This document shows, piece by piece, positions 11,851 to 24,182 of a stretch of 64,000 nt of DNA (the stretch's first letter is position 1; each line of letters begins with the position of its first letter). Made by a program: the position numbers and the translations under genes. The notes below the pieces were generated by a model that did no database searches, was not told where the DNA came from, and saw only the letters and a list, made by a program, of their open reading frames with translations. Location: the NCBI RefSeq assembly GCF_035084215.1, contig NC_090353.1, positions 7,440,001-7,504,000 of the forward strand. Reading direction: 5' to 3'. Source of the DNA: Heptranchias perlo (Eukaryota).

Positions 11851-12477
11851 TCATAGAATCGTAGAAAGTTTACAGCACGGAAGGAGGCCATTCGGCCCGA
11901 CGATTCTGTGCCGGCTCTAAGCGACAGCAACCCAGCTAGTCCCACTCCCCTGCCCTATCCCCATGGCCCTGAATTTTTTTCCTTTCAAGTACTTATCCAG
12001 TTCCCTTTTGAAGGCCATGATTGAATCTGCCTCCACCACCCCTTCAGGCAGTGCATTCCAGATCCTAACCACTCGTTGCTTAAAAAAATTTTTCCTCATG
12101 TCACCTTTGGTTCTTTTGCCAATCACCTTAAATCTATGTCCTCTGGTTTTTGACCCTTCCACCAATGGGAAAAGTTTTTCTCCAGCTACTCTGTCTAGAC
12201 CCTTCATGATTTTAAATACCTCTATCAAATCTCCTCTCAACCTTCACTGTTCCAAGGAGAACAATCCCAGCTTCTCCAGTCTATCCACGTAACTAAAGTC
12301 CCTCATCCCTGGAATCATTCTAGTAAATCTTTTCTGCACCCTCTCTAAGGCCTTCACATCTTTCCTAAAGAGCGGTGCCCAGAATTGGACACAAAACTCC
12401 ATTTGTGTTCGAACCAGTGTTTTATAAAGGTTCATCATGACTTCCTTGCTTTTGTACTCTATGCCTTTGTTTATAAA

Positions 12478-12687
12478 TGATGTGGAGATGCCGGTGATGG
12501 ACTGGGGTTGACAATTGTAAACAATTTTACAACACCAAGTTATAGTCCAGCAATTTTATTTTAAATTCACAAGCTTTCGGAGGCTTCCTCTTTCCTCAGG
12601 TGAACGAAATGAAATCCTCGAAATGAAATCGCATTTATAATTCACAGAACAATGCTTGGTGATTACAGACAGTTTTTTCAACTGCCA
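12478..12687 (-). mobile_element. Penelope-like terminal-repeat fragment (210 bp) flanked by a TTTATAAA duplication
   Basis: Interrupts the CR1 sequence atgcct..tttataaagcccagg; TTTATAAA at 12470-12477 and 12688-12695; contains a hammerhead-type core. The family call rests partly on that core and on recalled shark Penelope ends. Confidence 0.7.
12565..12604 (-). ncRNA. Minimal type I hammerhead ribozyme motif (Penelope-associated)
   Basis: Minus strand UUCAC-CUGAGGA-AAGAGG-AAG-CCUCC-GAAA-GC-UU-GUGAA: stem I UUCAC/GUGAA, core CUGAnGA and GAAA, stem II GAGG/CCUC, palindromic AAGCUU stem III. Confidence 0.7.
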
Positions 12688-15600
12688 TTTATAAAGCCCA
12701 GGCTCCCATATGCTTTTTTAACTGCTTTCTCAACCTGCCCTACCACCTTCAACGATTTGTGCACGTGTACCCCCAGATCTCTCTGTTCCTGTACCCCTTT
12801 TAGAATCGTGCCCTCTAGTTTATATTGCTTCTCCTCGTCCTTCCTACGGAAATGTATCACTTCGCATTTTTCTGCGTTAATTTCATCTGCCATGTGTCCG
12901 TCCCTCTAATACTGAGTGTCTGTAGCCATCCCTAGTAACAGTCCCTGATACAGGCCTCTAATTTGTATAATATGTGCGGTTACATACTAAATGTATTTCA
13001 TGATAGATACATTGCTTAAAGTCAATTCTTTGGTATTTGTTACACTTTTAGCACACACCTGCATAATCTAACACCACCTCACACTTATCTATATGGACAT
13101 TCATTTGCCAATTACACGTCCATTCTCCAAGTTTATAAACGTCTTCTTCCATTGACACATCCCTCCTTTGTGTTAACTACACCCTCCAATTTGGTGTTGT
13201 CCGCAAATTTTGCGACTGATTCCCGAGTCTAAATCGTTAATGTAAATTGCGATCATTGGTCCCAACACTGATCCCCGTGTATCACCACTTCCCCCCTTTT
13301 ACCAGTCTGAGTAGCTACCCTTAACCCCTACTCTCTGTTTTCTGAAAATACTAAAAAGCAGATAACTGTGATTCCTTGGAAATTTTTGGCTCCAGGTCAA
13401 AGGACAGTAAATGGATTCGTTGTCTGTTGGATGAGCTTTTCCTGATATCAAAGGGTCGTTACTTCTGGCTCAGTCTAGAATATCTGGAGCTGTGAAATCT
13501 CTGTGCTCAGGTGTGTTTGGGAACTTGTACAAATCAATAGCACTGGAAGTGAAGGGTCAAGGATTCAGGCTCGAGTCATCTACAGGAATACCCTCGTTGT
13601 GATTTCAGGATCTGAGGCTGGTGAATCCAAGATTTTGTTCCCCTGTGATTCTTTTGAGTGTCACATGACTCTTTGCTACTGGGTCATGTGATGATGTGCC
13701 AGGTACCCTGTGGTCACCAGCTATGGATGTGCTGGAACATATTATTCTCTTTACCCTTCATACCAGTCCTGAATCACAACTTGAGCAGACACCTGTGGGG
13801 GGGAAAAAACAAACACAGAGCCTGCTGCCCTATTTAACTGGAGAGTTTATTACTGTTGGATTGTCTTCAGATGGTTCAGGCTGGAGCCTGATTCTCAAGT
13901 CTGCCCATCTTATAGCAATACAGCTCAGGACCGATTGTAGCTTCTTGATAGCAGCTGATGATTGGCCAAACCAAAACCTATGTTGACAGGAGCATTGATT
14001 ATTAGCCCCACCTCTACAACATTACTGCTTCATGAAAGCACAGGAGCCTCTATTTATCGATCCTGCTGTGCATTATTTCCAAGCTTTATGGTCCAAATCA
14101 TTGCCTCCTCGAATGTTCACCTGCCTTAACGCATCGGTCACAACTGTCAGACCAGCAATTCATACATTCGTGGGTGTAACAAGAGCTGTGATCTAGTGAT
14201 ACCTGTTGGCAACAAGTTCACCAAATGTCTTCGCATTGCATTTCTTAGTAATTGGAGGACGTGTAGCTATGTGTAATGTTGCATAAGTAAAACCAGGCAC
14301 ATGTAACATCATGGTCCTTTATCATGTAAAGCCCAGGCTGTACACCCATGTGCTCATTTGTGGAGTTTTCTCCAACCTCCTTAAGTTTGCTCTTTGGGTT
14401 GCACCTGTCCTCAGTTAAAGGTGCCAATTCAGTTAATTTAAATTTCCTCCAAAATTCTTTATTTAGTCTGTTAGTGGCTCTTCTATTTATGCCCCATTGT
14501 CATGGACTCTCCCACAAATGGAAACAAGGTGCACCTGGAGAACCTCTCGAACCCTTTCAGAATTAAAGACTATCAGGTTTCATGTCAAGAGCCCCAACCT
14601 ATTCAATCTTTCCTGATGGTAACAGTGGTAAATCTTTTCTGCACTTCCTCCAGTGCTTCAAATATCCTTTTTTCACTATGGAGACAAGAGCGGCACACAA
14701 TACTTAAGTATGGTCTTACCCAGGTTCTATATCAATTTAACATTACCTCCCAAGGGATAAGTGGCCTCCTTCCAGGTTGCTATTATATTCACCCAAATGC
14801 TTCTCCCTTACTAGTTTAAAATCCTTTCTACAGTCCTATTTGTGCTGACCAGGCCAAAAAAAAAACCTGATTGGAGAGATTCACAGATGAAGGCAGGGGA
14901 AAAAGTGAGCATGGAGAGGTGATGATATGTTCAAGGACTCAAGGAAAATGGGGCAGCAGTTTAAGAGGGCAGAAGGGTTGATGGTGGTCTTGAAAGGGAG
15001 GAGGACAGTACCTGAGGAGAGGGAATCATTTACAATGTCAATTAGGAAAGGAAGCTGGGTGCCCAGCAGTATAGTGGGAATTTGGAGGGGGGGGTTGGAG
15101 GAGCAGGAAGCTGGTCTAATGATGAGTGTTGCAAGGGAATGAGGTGAGAAACTAGAGCTCAGTAATGAGGGTGGGGAGAAAGACAACAGTGGGTGGACAC
15201 TGGCCAATACATCATCTGTAATTTTTCCTCCTGATGTTTGTGCCTAGGGAATAGATGGCCTAAAGAGGCAAAGATCAGAAAAAAAAACATAGTCTCCCAA
15301 TAGAAAATGTCCACAAGAAGCAACACCAACTCCCTGCCAGTCATAATCAGGTGGTTCTGACCCATTGCTAGTTTGGATTTAACTGGTTGCCCAACAAGCT
15401 TTTAGTAGCTTCAGCCTTCTTGTCTATAGCAGGAAGCCACTTTTTATGATTCCTCCTTAATGGCTAATATGGCTAAGAGACACTCAATTGTGGATGAGTA
15501 TGGACATGGTGTAGACTATCTAACCAATAGCTTTAGTAACTAGCCTTTGTTAACAGTTGTCTGCTTTTAATATGTACATGGACACCAAATGGCTGCGTGC

Positions 15601-15729
15601 ACTGTAAATCCTTGTGGAACTTGCTTAATATCAACTAGGAGCAGTTGCTTCAAGTGTAGAATGTTGAACTAAATAAGTGATGGATGGAGTTATGAACAGT
15701 TCTGTAAATCAGCACAGACTCACCTCTCA

Positions 15730-16230
15730 TCTGCTTCCCCCCTGCTCATCTCCAGACCTCATTACAGCCTTGGTACAAACATTGATAAAAGAGCTGAATT
15801 TCAGAGGGGAGGAGAGTGAGTGCCCTTGACATCAAAGTAGCATTTGACTAAGTATGGCACAAAGGAGCCCTAGTTAAAAACAAGTCAGTCAATAGGGGGG
15901 AGGGAGGGAGGGAAAGAGGAGAAGATCAGGAGGAAACTCTCCAGTGGCTGAAATCATACCTAGCACACTCATTGCAGCCCCAGGACATTGCTGCAGGAGT
16001 TCCTCAGGGCAGTGTTCTAGGCCCAACTATCTTCCCTCCATCATAAAAAGGGATGAAGTGGGGATGTTTGTAGATAATTGCACAGTGCTCAGCTCCATTT
16101 GCAATTCCTCAGACCTGGACAACATCCAGGCTTGGGCCGATAAGCTCCAAATAACATTCTCCTCATACAAGTGCCAATGACTACCTCCAATAAGTGAGTC
16201 TAACCACCTGGCCAGTCAATGTCATTACAA
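15730..16230 (+). mobile_element. Degenerate family-B non-LTR retrotransposon RT fragment
   Basis: ccagacctcattacagccttgg..ggagttcctcagggcagtgttctaggcccaac..gacctggacaacatccaggcttggg, similar to 50500-51010. Confidence 0.75.
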
Positions 16231-16790
16231 CAACTTGCATTTATGTGGCACCTTTAACATAGTAAAATTCCCAAGGCACTTTGCAGGAACATTAACAGAA
16301 TTTGATACTGAGCCACATGAGATATTAGGACAGGTGACCAAAAGCTTGGTCAAATAAACAGGTTTTAAGGAGCATCTTAAAAAAAAAGAGGGACTTCCAG
16401 AGCTTAGGCAGCTGAAAGCATAATCACCAATGAAAAATCAGGGGTGCACAAAAGGCCAGAATTGAAATGCACAGGTCTGAAGGTTGTAGGAGGTCAGAGA
16501 TAGGGAGGGGTGACACCATGGAGTGATTTGAAACCAAGGATGTGAATTTTAAAATCTAGCATTACCAGACTGGGAGCCAATGTAGGTCAGTGAGCACATG
16601 GGTGCTGGTGAACAGGACTTGGAGAAAGTTAGGGTACAGACAGTAGAGCTTTGGATGAGCTCAAGTTGAGTGGAAGATGGGAGGCCAGCCAGAAGAGTAT
16701 TGGATTAGTCAAGTCTAAGGTTAAAAAAGGCATAGGTGAGGATTTGAGCAACAGATGAATGAGGCAGGAGCAGAGACAGGCAATGTGTCC
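16230..16790 (-). mobile_element. L2-like LINE 3' fragment
   Basis: Begins acaacaacttgcatttat (reverse complement of the L2-type tail); same family as 26355-26810, 41410-42140, 54950-55400 and plus-strand copies 54440-54950, 57070-57740, 61490-61915. Confidence 0.7.
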
Positions 16791-17691
16791 ATGCCAAATC
16801 TCCCACTATCAACTGTATTTGTGCCACCTGCAAGATCAAAAGTTATTAGTACCTAGACTGTTGGAAGTCTTTATACAACACTAACTGAGCTGCTACAATT
16901 TTGCTTTGACCACATCCCCCATGAAGATTTTCCCTCAGCTTACAGAGGATGTTAATGGAATCAATAACCCATTACATGCAATAGAAAGTTGTCACATTAA
17001 CTGTTACTGAAGCAGCATTGTGGAATTCTACAAGCAATAAATCCAACAATCCTGAAAAGGCAGAAGAGAATTATTTTCTGGCTGAGAAACTGTTAGTTTT
17101 CAAATCTCAATTTCTATGTGCCCACTAACACTTTTACACCTTCCCTATGCTTTCAACACTAGTGCTGTAGTGGAGCTCCATCCATGGCAGGATCACTGAC
17201 CCCAGAAAGCTAGCCATGCAGGTAGGATAGGTGATTCTGCTCATATCTAGGCATCACTGGTGCCTTTGAGGTCTCAAAAAAACATGCTCCATCTTCTGCT
17301 TTTGCAAACAAACTAAGTCAGCTACATATTCTGTTCCAGGATTTAAGAGTCAAACTTCTATGGTCTAATCCTCCAAAGAAAAATTGAGGGCAGCAGGGAG
17401 CCCCAAAACATTGGGCATTATGCACTTTGTAATCAGGAAATGCATTAGAGCAAGAGGAATTCAAAAACCAACTATCGCTGACAAGCCTGAGGTGGGGGCA
17501 GGTACACCCGAGAACCTCAGTTAATTTTAACTGGACACAAGCAGGATTAGATTGAAGGTAAACTGTCAGTAACAGTTCCTACCTTCTCTTGCCCATCAGT
17601 GATATTAACTCTACCTTAGTCACCATGATTTTCTCTACTAGCCATTTCATGGGTCACATAAACACCAAAAGTCACATTTCTCACTATCTGC

Positions 17692-17697
17692 TTTATT
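17692..17697 (-). terminator. AATAAA polyadenylation signal of ZP copy B, overlapping the TAA stop
   Basis: Minus strand reads ...AAA CAG AAA TAA AG; the stop codon lies inside AATAAA. Confidence 0.65.
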
Positions 17698-20600
17698 TCT
17701 GTTTAATCTCATTACATTGAGAAGTGACAGCTCTTGGTTTCTTCATCCTGTAAACTGCAACCATCACCACCAACAGGGACAGCGACACCACAACAAAGCC
17801 AATGCCTGCTCCACGCAGAACCGGAGAAGGAGACCCAGCACCGTCTATTGGAGACACAAGACGTTATATTCTGAAGGGTTCACAGTGACCTATTGGAGAG
17901 ACTCCACTTACCATTCTCTTCAAGCAGCTTCTTAGACTGGTGATTCTCATCTTTCAGAAAAATGATGGGACCAGGAGCACTCACCAAGGTTCCCTCATGG
18001 TCATCTGTACTCCTGCGTCTCTCTGTTGGGGAAATGAGATAGTTAGCAGATAGTCCTCGACCTGACCCCACTTTCCAACCTGGACATCCAGGGATCAGGA
18101 CCAAGAAAAAAGCCGACTGACTCGACATGGAGCAACATTGGAGATCAGAGACTGTTTTATAGTCAGAAACCAACCGATATCAACATCTACACTTCCAGTT
18201 CAATGTTAGCAATGATGGGCACTGAGATAGACAGTACCTAGACTGTCAGGAATGTAGTCAGGCCCTGGAGATACTGGTTAAGAGTTCTAGCTCCCAATTA
18301 GAGACAAAGAAATCCTTCCCATTGAGGGAGGGATGGAGTGATAATGCTTACCTGCAGGGTACAAATCAGATATTCCTTCAACCCAAGTAATTTATTCAAG
18401 CTCAAATTAGAAAAACTCTGCAGCAGGAAGTAGGAGATTAAATCTTTAAAAAGGAACTCACTTGTGCCACATTTGGACATACAGTCATCCTGAGCAGAGG
18501 GTGAGCAAACCTCAGCGGTGCAGTGCAAGTAAACCTAGAAGGGAAAAGAGTTGTTCAGGGAGAGATTCACGTGGATGAACCAGGCTGTTGTACAAGGAGC
18601 CAATAAAGGGTTTCATTGGCTCCAACTCCTTCCTACAGTTTGGTTACCTGTTCAGTTAGAGGCTGGGCTGAGTCTCCATCCAGGAAAACAAAAGTCTTCA
18701 CTTCAAACCGCTTGTGATGGGTTGGGAACGTCAGGCCAGAAAACACGTCCACTGGGTGTAGGACAGTCTGGTAGTCATCACCCTCATCGGGGCACCTGCA
18801 ACAGGAGGAGGGCTGGTCAGTGGGAGCAGGAGAGGTATTGATCGACTGATAAGGGGACCTTAAGTTTTAGTTTTTTGGCATTGTGACCCCAGGTTAGAGT
18901 TCAATCTTTCAATTAGATAAAGAAGTAACCATCTACATCCACCCATCAGCTACAATTCAACAATTTGTTCACCCCATTGCCCTAAAGCTGGGTCATCCAT
19001 TCAACTTCATTTAATAGGAATTAGGACAGGGAACAATACTGAAGGTTGAGAGAGACAGATGCAGGTGTTATTGTGCACAGATCATTGAAGGTTCATGACC
19101 AATGTAGAGAGGTTATAGTTCTCTTGATACAACCCAATAGGTTATTGAGTTGCATCAATAGAACTAGTCACTGCAAAAATCAAACACCATTTGGTCATTA
19201 TCAGGTCACTGGTTAGACTGCATCTAGAGTACTGGGCCCAGTTTCAGTCCTCACATGGTGGGTGATTGTGTACTTGCAGTTTTCCTCTGGACCTTCGCCA
19301 AGACCCATTCCTAGCTTAAACAATCTCAGCTACTCAGAACAGAGTCTATTTACTCTTGACAAGCAAACTTAGGTAATGAGGTCTATAAAATGACAGGTCA
19401 AATAGCTTATTCCAGTCTGACCAATTGGGGAGGACCAGCAGACAAACGACACAAGAGTAGGGATAAAATGGATGTTTTGTGTTTCTTTCCCCCACCAGAG
19501 TGCAAATGTATTGGCAGCTGGTGTGGTGGGTGCCAACTCTTCAAACACAAGCTAGACCAGAGATTGCATCATAGAAGGCAAGTGTGTTTCTAGCTAACAC
19601 CTGGTCCATATGATCAAGGGGGGATGGGAAGGAGTTTTCCAGGGTATTTCAACATCTAAAACAGTCAGCCCTTCCTTACCCATCCACCAGTAGACTCCAC
19701 TGCACCTCATGGTTTGGGGCTGGGACAGGAGTCGCCCAGCAGTCATGCAACCTCAGGACAATCATTGGGTCAGTGCGGTCCTGGACATGAACCTCCACAA
19801 ACACTGGGTCCTGAAGGATACTCTGAATGGGATACTCACTATCCACATACCAGGATCTGTAGTCACCACCTGAAAGGCAGACACAAGAACCAGTCACTCC
19901 CTCCACTGGTACATTCCCAGTGCTTCCATTCACCATTACCCAGAGCTGTTGTACCTTTTGCAATTCTCAGTTCCAGTTGCAGAATCCCCTCCTCAGAAGC
20001 AGGAGGTGGTGGAGAAACAGTGTAAACTGTGACATTGATTTGCAGGCCGGTCTCTTGCCTCCCCTTGTACTTGCACTGGACATGCAGGCTGTAAAGACAT
20101 TGTGGCAGATTGAGCTTCATTCAGTAACACTTCCCTCCAACCTGCCTTCTCCCCACCATCCCCCTCCTACCTGAAAGTGCTGTCCCGGGTTATCGAGCCC
20201 CGTTTCCCAGTCAGAATCTGCCTCTTGCCCAACACATCTGTTTCATACACCAAGCTTCCATTCTCCTCCTACAATCAGAGCACGGGTTAATACGGAGCTG
20301 GTTCATTCACCGAGACTGCTCGGCCCTTCAATACTCACCCGCTTGGTCGAGCCACAAGAGGTAATCGGGAAGCGGAAGATCACAAGTTGGGCAGTGGTCA
20401 GTTTAGGCCTGCACTCCGCTTCTTGTCCATCTTTCACATACACAGATGACAGGTTGAGGGCAGGACGGGTCAGGTTCTTGGAGATCACTAGGATGAACTG
20501 GCCATCTGCTGTACACACTGCAAGAGAATTCAATTCATCCCATGAGGGTCAGGGGCTTCTCATTGGAGAAAGTAGGCATCTCAGACCATAGATTGGAGGG

Positions 20601-22098
20601 ACTGAGTCTCAAAAGCTACAAACCAGCTCAGCTGAAACAGGAGCAGAATCCAAGTGGAAACAATCATTTGTTTAATTAGTGGAGTGAGCAAGGATGCATT
20701 TATACTCTGGGTCCAATTGGTGTCATCCTGATCAGTGGAGGTCTGCACGAGCGTGTTGTATAAATTGCCCTGTCAGTTGGGAAGAGTGCACTTGCTCCAA
20801 CTGCATTCATCTCAATCCAGCTCAGGGCAAAATGGAGCTCAATGTCCAAGGACATTGACCCAGCAGTTGAAAATTCAGATTTAAGTGACATTTATTAACC
20901 AATAAAGGCAAAGATGAGTTTCCCCAGAACAGCTCCACAAGCTCCTCCTCTTGAGGCAACACTACTAGTTCAGTCTAATTAAAAACATTGTAATTCATTG
21001 TCAGTTAGACACTTCACCCCATGCTGCCCAGTTTCAATTTTACCCCTCCTTTAAATGGATAGACAATTCCTTTACCACCCACTGTAAACTTTCTACCACT
21101 GATTTAATGAGTTGAATAGTCAAAGAATTCACTTCAAGGAATGTTTAAGGCCAACTGAGGAGACTCCTTCTCACTAACGACTACCCATCCTAACAGTACC
21201 CAACTGACCAGTCAACCTACAGTGCCCTGAAGCTCTGCAGACTTACCCAACACAGTTAGCACATCACCAATTCTACTAAAAGGCAAACTTCACTTCCAGA
21301 TGTTCCTTCACCAGGAGGATCAACCCAGAGACCAAAGATGAAGCACAGGTTTGAGGTTTACTGTCAGACTATAAATGCACCATGAGCATCAAACCTGTAC
21401 TTTGTTAGTAGATTGTGTTAAAACATTCCCAACAGCCATCTGATCAACACTCAGCACAGCAATAGTTTCACCCACTGTAGATTGTCAGCACCACCTGGTT
21501 ACTTTACTTCAACTGACCCAATGGAGACACCATTTCCTCATGGAGCAAGTTCTCTCATACCCAGCCAATTCCTTCCAACACCAGTCACCCCGATCCTCAG
21601 CTTCATCTAGGGACACCTGCCTTCAATGTGCTGAATGAACAGCCATACACCTTGATGCTCTACTTAGTTAAATACAATACACCAAGCTGAATCAACCGCT
21701 TCACAGGACTCCACGGGAGGGAGTTTGCTCAACAGACATATCCACCTTTACACAGAATGAAACAGCAACAAGACCGTGTAGTTGCTGACTGGATAATTGC
21801 CTAATGTACAAGTTAGATTTCTCCCCCTCCCCACAAGTATCTCCTCTAGAATGGGGGAGAGGAGCTGTTTGATACCTGGGCTGTTCCTCAGACTGTAGAA
21901 GCAGGGATGGACATTGGAGCTCCGCGGGTCAAAGCAACAACCCTGAGCGGTGCACTCGGTGCTGTTAATCCCTGGGTGGCCGCAGTCAAATCTCCAGCCT
22001 GGCTCTGTTGGACAAACATCATCTCCCAGGAGCAGTGGGTGGGCTCGGAGTAAGGAGAGCCCGGCCAAGAGCCAGAGAGAAAGCACCCAATGATCCAT
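17693..22098 (-). CDS. zp4: Zona pellucida / egg-envelope glycoprotein, ZPB (ZP4/ZP1-like) type, tandem copy B; 9 coding exons, 435 aa
   Basis: Exons 22098-21876, 20517-20339, 20268-20171, 20088-19955, 19869-19680, 18795-18648, 18534-18462, 18022-17912, 17844-17693 (1308 nt, stop TAA 17693-17695). Exon sizes 1-8 and all phases equal copy A. The last exon has one extra Val in the TM and a 5-aa extension EIKQK. Confidence 0.92.
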
Positions 22099-22144
22099 CT
22101 CCGTTACTGCAAGTAGACTAATCATCTCCTCCAACACCAACCCG

Positions 22145-22204
22145 TTTTATAGCCGGGCTCCGAGTGCGGCAGGGAATTGGGGGCCAATCCCGGGTTGGGG
22201 CGGG
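22145..22204 (-). promoter_or_regulatory. Core promoter of ZP copy B (same sequence as copy A)
   Basis: TATAAAA on minus at 22151-22145, with the same CCAAT pair and GC box at offset +16511. Confidence 0.7.
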
Positions 22205-22694
22205 TTCCTGTTTCCACGGGTTCCTCGGGAAGCTGGTTTCCATTTTTGATCAGCTCGACCTGTCAGCCTGTCCCCGCTGGTCCCCAAGTCTCAGATTCGT
22301 CTCCCAAAGGACATCCCAGCGACTGACCCTCGGGCCCATTGCACTCACTTCCTCTGCTCGAGTATCAGAAAGTTGGAGCTTGGAGCCTTCCTGCAGGATT
22401 TGAAGACAGAATATCGGCTGATATTGGTGTTTGTCAGTCTTGATATGTGCACCTTGTCTGCCACGTTTGCCGACAGAACAACAGTGACTACACTTTAAAA
22501 GTAATTCATTGGATGTGAAGTGTTTTGAAATGTCCTGAGCATTTGATAAGGCGGATATACAAGTCACTGTGTAAGATTGGCCAGTTATGAGCTTTCTACA
22601 AAACACAGATTAAATCTGACCCAGCCAGATACAGCCCTATCATCCTCCTCCAAATCATTAGTAAAGTGATGGAAGGAGTCATCAGTCGTGCCTG

Positions 22695-23190
22695 GATGAG
22701 TCCGTGTTCCATGTATACACTGGGTGTAAGAGGCTGCAGCCCCTGTTCCACTATTTTAAGGGGCTGCTCCTCAAGTTCTGGCTGCTCTTCAGACCCACGC
22801 TCCTGATCTTTGGCCACCCGTTGAGGGGGTGGGGGTGCAGGCAAATTGGGGACGTCCTCATGGGTTTGCTCCTGGGCCTGTCCAAGGTGGCTTTCCACAG
22901 GTCCAGGCTAGACGCGGCCCGTGGGGGCAGTCGCTCCAACTGTCTGCCTCTCTTCCACGGCATTCTCCGCGCCCGGGTGGCCCTGGAGAGGGAGCACGCG
23001 GTGTCTGCCGGTACGCTTGAGGCTTTCCGCGACCGGTGGGCACCGTAGGGGCTGGAGTGCATCCTGGGACGTCACAATAAAATTGTTATTTGAGTTATTA
23101 TTTGGTTTATTGATTTGTTTTAAAAAATAAAGTTACACCCTCAGCCTCCCCCCTTCCCATAACAGGGGAAGCTTAAATACAAAAAAAATA
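22695..23190 (+). mobile_element. Tx1/L1-like LINE 3' end nested in a degenerate family-B element (~22600-23890)
   Basis: ESVFHVYTGCKRLQPLFHYFKGLLLKFWL..LLLGLSKVAFHRSR..RARVALEREHAVSAGTLEAFRDRWAP resembles a Tx1-type ORF2 C-terminus; A-rich tail near 23180; the host element resumes at agtgctatgg. Confidence 0.75.
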
Positions 23191-24092
23191 GTGCTATGGA
23201 GGCAAAACCTGCTCACTGATGCTCAGTTGGTTTTACAACAGAACCAGTCAGCATCAAACCTCATCACAGCCTCAATCCCAACATGGACACAAGAGCTGAA
23301 TGCCAGAAGTGAGGTGAGAATATCTGCGCTCTGTGTCAAGGCAACATTCCACCGAGTATGGCACCAATGAAGTCAATGGGGGGGGGGGGGGGGGTCAAGG
23401 AATGGGAGTCATACCGGATGCAAAGGAAGAAGGTTGTGGTTGTCGGATGCCCCAGGACATCATTGAAGGAACTCCTGGGGTAAGAATTCTCAGCCAAGCC
23501 ATCTTCAGCTGCTTCTTCAATGACCTTCCCTCTGTCATGTGACCATGAGTGTGGTTGTTCACTGATGATTCGACAGTGTTTAACTCTTTTCACAACTCCT
23601 CCGATAATGAAGCAGCCCACACCAGCCTACAGCAGGACCTGGCTAACATCCAGGTTGAGCTGACAAGTGTCAGGTAAAATACCGACACGTAAACACCACG
23701 CAACGAGCATCTCAAACAAGTAAAAAGCCCAGTCATTTCACCATGACTTTCAATGGCACCACCATTGTGGGAGCACCATTGTCACAAGAACAGTGGTTCA
23801 AGGAGAAAGCCCATCAGCACCTTCTCAGGGCTACCAGGGATAAGCAATAAATGGGGCCTCGCCAGAGCTGTCCACATCTCAAGAAGAAATATTTTTAAAA
23901 TGCCAGTTTCTAGTCCACTGTGGTCAGTGGGTGATGCAGGTCTGCCTCCCAAGAACGAGATAGACTTCCTGTGTTACCTGTTGTGATGGAATAGAAGAAG
24001 GTTCTGCAGGAATGCTCTGTACACCAGAGGGAGATCGTTGCGATTTCTATTGTTTTTATTGTTATTGCCAACATATACATACCTGGATAAGC

Positions 24093-24182
24093 CATGGTAC
24101 AGATAAAGATCACATATACATACCATGGTACAGATAAAGATCACATATACACATCATGGTACAGATAAAGATCACATATAAA
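24093..24182. repeat. Three-copy 31-bp tandem repeat (CATGGTACAGATAAAGATCACATATACA..)
   Basis: Copies start at 24093, 24124 and 24155. Confidence 0.9.

Larger units (their letters stand above)
11850..12900 (-). mobile_element. CR1 LINE 3' fragment interrupted by a Penelope piece
   Basis: ORFs 12678-12893, 12244-12438 and 11917-12240 ([23 protein letters not shown]); tail near 11850 (catagaatcgtagaa). Confidence 0.88.
17215..22547. repeat. Segmental/tandem duplication unit B
   Basis: Direct-orientation copy of ~700-6036, offset about 16.5 kb. Confidence 0.9.

Noticed and set aside
700-22547. ZP duplication as a pure haplotype/assembly artefact
   Set aside because: Several introns and the 3' flanks are far too diverged for alleles, and the upstream TE contents differ.
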